DNA of 64,000 bases. Origin: Escherichia phage ERS-1. Position numbers and translations under genes: made by a program. Positions 57,877 through 64,000 of the stretch are shown in pieces (within the stretch, counting starts at the first letter, position 1; each line of letters starts with the position of its first letter). The notes beneath the pieces were generated by a model. That model did no database searches and was not told the origin of the DNA. It saw nothing but the letters and a program-made list of their open reading frames with translations. The stretch lies in sequence record PP337211; one strand, given 5' to 3'.

Positions 57877-57918
57877 GGGGGGCTTTACTTCTTCGGAGGC
57901 CCCCCGTCACACTTCTTT
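57877..57918 (+). promoter_or_regulatory. Recurrent motif inside a G6/C6 hairpin (GGGGGG-CTTTACTTCTTCGGAGG-CCCCCC), followed by CACACTTCTTTG
   Basis: Stem 57,877-57,882 / 57,900-57,905 with a 17-nt loop carrying the motif; could be a terminator, a promoter element, or both. Confidence 0.4.
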
Positions 57919-58106
57919 GTCGGGCGGTCCGGACCCGGAGAACGGCTGCCGGGGCGGCTGGGCATTTACTGTCTCCCCTGTCCAGGCCACGGACCTGCGC
58001 CTCCAAAGTTCTCCCGACCTTCTTTCGGGCGTGACTTCCTCCGGGTCCAAACGGCCCTGGACCGCCTCCTTAGATGGCGGAGGAGTAGGACGGTGCGCAC
58101 TGGTTC

Positions 58107-58360
58107 ATGTACAAGCTGTCCAACGGTGCGACTGACCTGGCCCCGGCGATCACCGACCGGAAGCTGCGACTGACCGTGGACACCAACGGCTACGGGCGAG
58201 GTCAGCGGAGACGCCGCGGGCCTGATCGCCTGCCTGTTCGTGTCAACGCCCTCGCTGGAATACCCGCAGCGCCAGGACTACGTGGACCTGTCTACAAGCC
58301 GCGCGACTTCGCCTTCGACCGCCGCAGGCTGAGGAAATCACCGCTGCCTTCGACCTGATA
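58107..58360 (+). CDS. Hypothetical protein (MYKLSNGATDLAPAITDRKLRLTVDTNGYG / EVSGDAAGLIACLFVSTPSLEYPQRQDYVDL…)
   Basis: ATG at 58,107; two high-GC3 segments separated by a -1 shift. Confidence 0.35.
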
Positions 58361-60896
58361 CCCTCGGCGCAGCCGACCGCCCCAACTTCCCGGCAAGGAG
58401 CAGATGACCGGTAGACCGCCCCCGGACCAAACCTCCTGCAGGAGACTTTCGTTGGTGTCGCCCCTGACGTGACCGCCCGCCGCGTCCGTCCTGGGCGACT
58501 TCAGGTGCGCCTCGGCGACCGAGTCGATGCCGGCTTCCGTCCTTCGCCCCGGGCGGAAGTCGGACCCGGCGACCCTGAGCTGGAACCCGTTGGCCCGTTC
58601 ACGCTGAAATGGCGACCCCGCAGGGCCTGCACATCCCGGCCGAGGTCCGGCTGGAACATCGCCTTGCCCGCCACTTCGACCGCCTGCTTACGATGGTCGG
58701 TGGACCCCCTCTGTAAGGTAGAAAAGGAGCCCGCGATGGCTGGGCGAGCCACCGCCGTTGGGAGAACCCTCCGTCACCTCCGCGACTGCGCGGAGCCGCG
58801 CACCCCCTGGGCGGATCCGGAAGCCCGCGCCCGGGCGTCCTCCTCCAACTCGCCGTGGAGGCGGCTGGAGGAGGTCGGGTGACGATCACCGCCGCGAGCT
58901 GGACGAAGCCCGAGCAACGCGGGAGGTGAGTGATGAGCGGACGCTACAAGGTCCTGGCCGGGTCCCAGTGCCCGGCCACCGCCGCTCGACTACACCGTGG
59001 TGGATGTCCGGAGCCTTTGCCCGCGGGCGCCTCGGGTGCCGTCGATGCGACTGCGAGACGTTTGGCGAGGAGGAAGCCCTGCGGTTGCCCGCGCCCGAAC
59101 GCGGCGATCGGCGAGTTGAAGTGTACCCTCGCCCGGGCCGCTCGCCTGTTCGAGGAGGCCCTGCCGAAGTCGTGCTGGGCGCCAGCGCCCTGGACGCCGG
59201 CGTGATCCGCTGCTTGGTCAGGTCCCGGCGAAGTCCGCGCGGCCCTGAAGGCTTGCGCCCTTGTGCGGAGGGGAAGTGCCCCGTACGGCCCCGAACCGCC
59301 CCTGGGCGAAGGAGGGCGGAGCATCACCCCCGGGCGCTGACGCCCTGATCCTGAGTTCGTGTCGACCTGGGCGGCTAGGGGTCAAGCGGCTGAAGGACCG
59401 CCGGGCGAAGATCGCCGGCTGTTCGCCCCGGGACGGACGGAAGGCGACCGCCTGGCCCTGTACGTCGCCGGGCGGGCGACCCTCCCGCTTCGACGCGGCC
59501 CGCTGCGCCGGTACGCGCCCGCCGCCCGTTGGACCTCTGCCGCGTGACGACCTAGGTAACGGCTCCGCCCGCGTGGTGCCGAAGTCGTAACGAGACCGGA
59601 GAAGGAGAAGCGGCGAAGCGGGGAATCTACCGCGGCCCGATCCCTGCCCGATTCGGCAGACCTGCGCTGCTGCGCGAGGCGACCCGGCCATGCTCGTGGC
59701 GGTTCGATGACGGAGCCTGACCCGGAGCGGCGACCCGATCCCGGCGGAGAAGCCCGAAGGCCCGCCCGCGGACGCCCTGGGCTACGGCTCGCGCCTTCCC
59801 GGCGGAGGACTTCGAGGAGAACCGGACCTGCCCGACCTGCGAGGCGACCGGCTTTCGGCGGCTCGCGCCGGGTCCTGACCGCTGTACCTTCTGCGACGGG
59901 ACGGCAAGGCGGGAACCCGCCGGAGGAGGACGGCGAGGCTGCCGGGGTGCCCCGCCCGACCGCCCGCGCGCGGTCGGTGACCTCCTCCGTGGGCATGACC
60001 CGCGACGGCTACCGGCTCGCCGGGTGGTTGTCGAGTGCGAGGACGGCGCTGTGGCGAACTCCGCCAGGAACGAAGCCGGGACTGATCCTGGGTCCGGCTC
60101 CCGGTGATCCCGGGAGGTGAACGATGTCCCTGGCTGAGTTCGAGGACCGCGTGGCGGATCCCCTGCCTCATCGTGGTCACCACCGGGAGCCCTGACGTGC
60201 CCGCGAAGTGCTGCGGCCCGCCTGAAGATCGCTACCCGGCGGAAGGCGGATGCGGTGAATGGGAAGTCCGCGACCGCCGCGGACGCCCGCCCCCTGGCCT
60301 GGAGCGGGGTATGACGGAGGCGGAGCGCGAAGCGGTTGACCTGGCCGTGTTCGATCCGTGCGGAGGACCGGCGATGACCTGCGTGCGCGTCCCCGGGGGT
60401 CGCTTGCCGTCGCCCTCTTCCGGCTCCGCCTCGCGGACGGCTCCTGCGCGTCGGAGCCCTGCCACCTGCGGGCTGCCTCTTCCGCGACCGGCGGCTGGCG
60501 TCTTCACACGAGTGGTGGAGGACCCCTGCGATCTGCGCCGCCCTGGACTGGTCCTTCAACGAGGAAAACGGGCCGACCGCCCTCGCCGCGGGATGCCCCG
60601 CCGGGTGGTCCCGCGGTGCCGACTGGTCGAGTCGGAGGCCGAAGGCTGCGGAAAACCGGCGGGCTCCCCCTCCTTCTCCCTTCCACCGGGTGCGCTTGGG
60701 TTACGGGAGTGCGCTTGGGTTCGGCTCCAAAAGTATGAAGGGGTGCGTGGCGGGAAGTTGTAGCCGTCTGGGGTTCCTGCCTTGCGCTTAGGTTACTTGG
60801 GATTCTTACCTGAAACAAATTTGCCCAGGGTTGACCCGGCGGACCGGCCTGAGAATCCTTGTTGAGGCTTCCGGCTGTCCGAGGGCTTCCTGGGGC

Positions 60897-60943
60897 TAAG
60901 GTAAGTAAGTTAAGTAAGTTAAGTATCTATCTATCTATCTATC
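60897..60943. repeat. Compound microsatellite (TAAGT/TAAGTTAAG)n followed by (ATCT)5
   Basis: ctaaggtaagtaagttaagtaagttaagtatctatctatctatctata, in an AT-rich intergenic stretch upstream of the packaging-like operon. Confidence 0.7.
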
Positions 60944-60974
60944 TATAAAGGGCTGTTTTATATGGCCTTTTTGC

Positions 60975-60992
60975 CCGCTTGACTTTTTACTT
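60975..60992 (+). promoter_or_regulatory. Degenerate copy of the recurrent motif (CTTTTTACTTTTTCGG)
   Basis: Sequence similarity to CTTTACTTCTTCGG; about 240 nt upstream of the 61,229 start. Confidence 0.3.
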
Positions 60993-61228
60993 TTTCGGAC
61001 GTGGAAGTGAAGCGCGACCCCTCGAACCTAAGCGGAGGACGCCGCGTGCCTGCTTGGGTCTGTTGCCCGTCGCTCCCGCGCCTCCCCCGCGGGCGAGCGC
61101 GACCCGCCCTTGGCGAACGCAGGCTTCGCCAGACTCGCGGCGAGGATGTCCTTGGGCGTGAGGCCGGGACGGATCGCCGCGTGATGCGCGATTGACGGGC
61201 GGTGCTGCCCAAGGGGGAGGTGATGTGC

Positions 61229-61551
61229 CCATTGAGAAACTGAAGCCGAAGCCGATGGTGCCCTTGCCCTTGGATGGAAGCAGTACCTGGAGTTGTTCCG
61301 CACGTCCCGACCTGGGTGGGTGGAAGTACCGTGCGCGGAGGCGTGGGCGTCTCCGGCTCCGCCGTTCCACTATGCCGTTGAAGAATGACCCGGAGTTTGC
61401 CCTGGCTCTGCAGGACGCCCGCCAAGCGTGGATTGATGAGATCCTGTTGCGCGGCCCTGAAGCGGGCGCGGGACGGCGCGGCAGCGCCCGATCGGTCGGG
61501 GAAGTTCAAGGACGAAATTATTGGATGAGCGGGTGTACTGTGATTCGCTGA
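61229..61551 (+). CDS. Small protein upstream of the P-loop gene, terminase small subunit position (…MPLKNDPEFALALQDARQAWIDEILLRGPEAG…)
   Basis: AAGGGGGAGG SD before GTG at about 61,229; stop TGA 61,549-61,551 overlaps the next ATG (TGATG). Confidence 0.4.
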
Positions 61552-63178
61552 TGGCCTTGACGCTCCGCGCCCGCCGTGCGGAGTTCGGGAGGACGGGAGG
61601 ACGTGGCCTGTATCACTGCCCTCGGCCCGGTGGGCGCCGATCGTCCCGGGCCCCGGCGTCGACCGGACGACTGGGAATTGTTTGGGACCTCGCCCGCGGG
61701 ACCGTGGGCCGTCCGACCGGGAGGGCGATGTTCGCCTGGTCCCAAGCGGGCAGGCGGTTGCCATCGCCGCCCGCCCGGACTACCCGATCGAGCGGCGCGA
61801 GGCGGAGCCCGGCGAGCTGCGGGCACCACGTGGACCCGGAGACGGGAAGGAGTCGGAGGCGACCTGGTGCGGGTACGGGTTGCAGCTCGCCTTCCTCGGC
61901 GTCCCGATCTTCGAGGTGCTGTATGAGGGGACGCGCGGCCCGGGCAAGACCGACTGCCGATGGACTTCCTCCAGCACGTGGGGAAGGGCTACGGTTGGAG
62001 CGGCGGGGTCCCCGTTCCGTCTGGCAGGGACCCCCGCTGTCGGACGTGATCAGACACAAAACCAACAAGTGGTTCAAGCGTTTCTTCCCGGCTAAGTACA
62101 GGCAAGGTGGGTTGGCGACCTTCCCGGCACGGCGAGGAGCTGCTGCTGTGTCGGCGGTCGCCGGAGGATTATTGGAACTACCCACGGCCACGTGCCCGTG
62201 GATTGGCTGGGAAGAACTCTTGGGCTGGGCCTGACAGCGCCACCGTTGCGACGTCCTGCCGCCGCTCCCAAGCCGGGGATGCCCCGCCGCGACCCGGGCG
62301 ACCGGCCCCACGGCCCCGCCCCTGGCTGGGTCAGGCCCGCTCCCGCCTCCCCCGTTGCGCGGTCGGGTGATCCTGGACGCGATGCGAGACGGCGAGCGCG
62401 AACCGCCCCGGGTCGCCTTCCCGGTTCCTTTCCCATGAGAACCGGGTTGCTCCTCGCTGACCCGGAGGGCCTGGTATTCGAGCCGCGGCCCGGAACCCCT
62501 CCGACTCGCCGCCTGGCTCCACGGCTCCTGCAGGTTGTTTGCGGGAGGATGTTGTACGAGGCTTGCACCGCGGGACGCACCGCGGCGCCCTCCGTCCCGC
62601 TGTCGGTGATCCCGAAGCGGTGGAAGATCGACCTGCGGCTTCCACCGGGCCGGAGCCCTTTGCCGTCCTGTGGTGGGCGGAGTCGAATGGGAGCCGTTCG
62701 AGCGGAATGGCCGCGTGTACGGAAGGTGCGGGGGCGATCTGTACCTGATCCTGTAGCGGGTACGGCTGGAACGGGAACGCGAGCAGGGCGTCCTGCGGCT
62801 CGCCTCGGAGGTCGCCCAGTGGGTGAAGGACCGGGAGGAGGATTGGGCGCTGGAAGGTCGGGTCAGCCCTGGCCCCCGCGACCTTCTCCTCACGTGGAGG
62901 TATGGGGCCTGGATTGCTGTGGAGGCGGAGAGAGGGTGTGCGCCTGGACGCCCGCGGGAGGCTGGGCTCGCGGGTGGGCTGGGAGGGGTTGGCTGTCGGA
63001 GGGCGCTGCCTCCGGCGGCGGGGACCGCGCCAGGTCCCTGGGCTGTTCGGTTTTTTCGACCCGTGCTGGTGTCGTCCAGACGGTCCCGCGCTGCCCCGCG
63101 ATGAGGTGTACCTGGGATGACGTGAAGGCGGAGGCGGAGGACCGGTTGGTGACGCGACCGCTACCGCGTGCGGGGTAA
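61551..63178 (+). CDS. P-loop NTPase, terminase large subunit-like (putative), copy B, frame-disrupted
   Basis: ATG at 61,551; Walker A 'YEGTRGPGKTD' at 61,921-61,950; then -1 shifted segments LPMDFLQHVGKGYGWSGGVPVP, LSDVIRHKTNKWFKRFFPAKYRQ, …SVIPKRWKIDLRL…, …VEWEPFERNGRVYGRCGGDLYLIL; sits upstream of the capsid gene by synteny with copy A. Functional call is an inference. Confidence 0.4.
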
Positions 63179-63189
63179 GCTGCGTGGTG

Positions 63190-64000
63190 CGGTGGTGGCC
63201 CGCAGAGGCTCGGCCGGGTCCTCGCCTTCGGGCGAGAATCCGCGAACCTGGAGAACCGACGGCCGGCGAGACGGCAGCCCTGCCGACCTGCGGGGCGTAT
63301 TAACCGCGCTCCCGCGCTGGCCCACGCTCCAGACGCCGCCTGGGCGGGACCGAAGGGCGCGCGAGGCGGGCGAGACGTACCTACCCCGCCCTCGGAGGAG
63401 ACGGCAGGGTGGGCTATCGGGAGCGCCTGGCCTCCGCCGCTCCTCCTCGGCGGTTGAACCTGGGCGCCTGGACCTGCCCTGCAGCGGAGCCCTTTGCCAG
63501 CCGATCAAGCCGGCCAGGACGTGCCCGGAGGCGATCCAGGAGATGATCCTGCCTGACGTGGACCTCCTGGGGCTGCCCACGCGTTCGCCCGTCCTGTGGT
63601 TCCGCCAGCCTATCCGGTGAGGCCCTGGCCTCCTCGTCCAGACCGCCTCGCCCGGCCCCGCGGAGGATGGCCTACCCGGACCTGGCGGATGACCGCCGGG
63701 AGGGCCTGCGCCCTGACTGGGTGATGATCCAAGCCGGAGGCGCCCGCTGTTGGCCCGGTCGGAGGTGATCAAATGGGGCCCGAGTCCTCTGCGTGCTGCT
63801 GTCCAAGTTACGAGGCGGAGGCAGGACGGCTTCGCGCAGGCTTGGGAGCGCTGTCCGCGTCCTGGAGCTGGGCCTTGTCCCGGCTCTGGCAGCCGGTGAG
63901 AAGTTGGTGGTCCCGCAAGGAGGAGTGGGTGCTGGCGGATGAGCGGGCCATGGGGCTGAACCACGTCCCTGTGGTTGCCTTTACGCACCTGAGCTAAACC
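63190..64000 (+). CDS. Hypothetical protein, partial; portal position by synteny; continues past the window
   Basis: Plus-strand high-GC3 segments after the TAA at 63,176-63,178; no motif recognised. Confidence 0.2.

Noticed and set aside
1-64000. CRISPR array or rRNA genes
   Set aside because: No regularly spaced direct repeats of 25-40 bp with unique spacers, and no extended non-coding structured region. The only repeat arrays are the palindromic half-sites at 42.7-43.3 kb and the microsatellites.
1-64000. Eukaryotic exon/intron structure as the cause of the frame changes
   Set aside because: Shine-Dalgarno sites at correct spacing, TGATG stop/start overlaps and intrinsic terminators indicate prokaryotic or phage organisation, and the frame changes occur within contiguous conserved motifs with no room for introns.

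Overview
GC-rich (~70% by eye) window made of two divergently oriented, gene-dense blocks either side of a ~600-bp AT-rich region (about 42,720-43,300). The left block (1-42,700) is coding-like on the minus strand; the right block (43,320-64,000) on the plus strand. Both blocks carry recognisably phage-like content: a P-loop NTPase in the terminase-large-subunit position (two copies), an HK97-like major capsid protein, and an SF1B (RecD/Dda-like) helicase. Two things dominate the picture. First, the blocks look like two diverged, partial copies of one phage-like element joined head-to-head: the first ~2.8 kb of the left block (42,720 down to ~39,800) is an inverted paralog of 61,060-64,000, and the last ~1 kb of the left block (950 down to 1) is an inverted paralog of 43,456-44,300. 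Second, almost every gene I traced is broken by reading-frame shifts every ~50-150 nt, always in the same direction (equivalent to loss of 1 nt); this means either decayed pseudogenes or indel-rich sequence. The long ORFs in the six-frame track are therefore mostly shadow or mixed-frame artefacts, and all CDS coordinates below are approximate. All translation and alignment was done by hand, so function calls are tentative. No rRNA, tRNA or CRISPR array was found.
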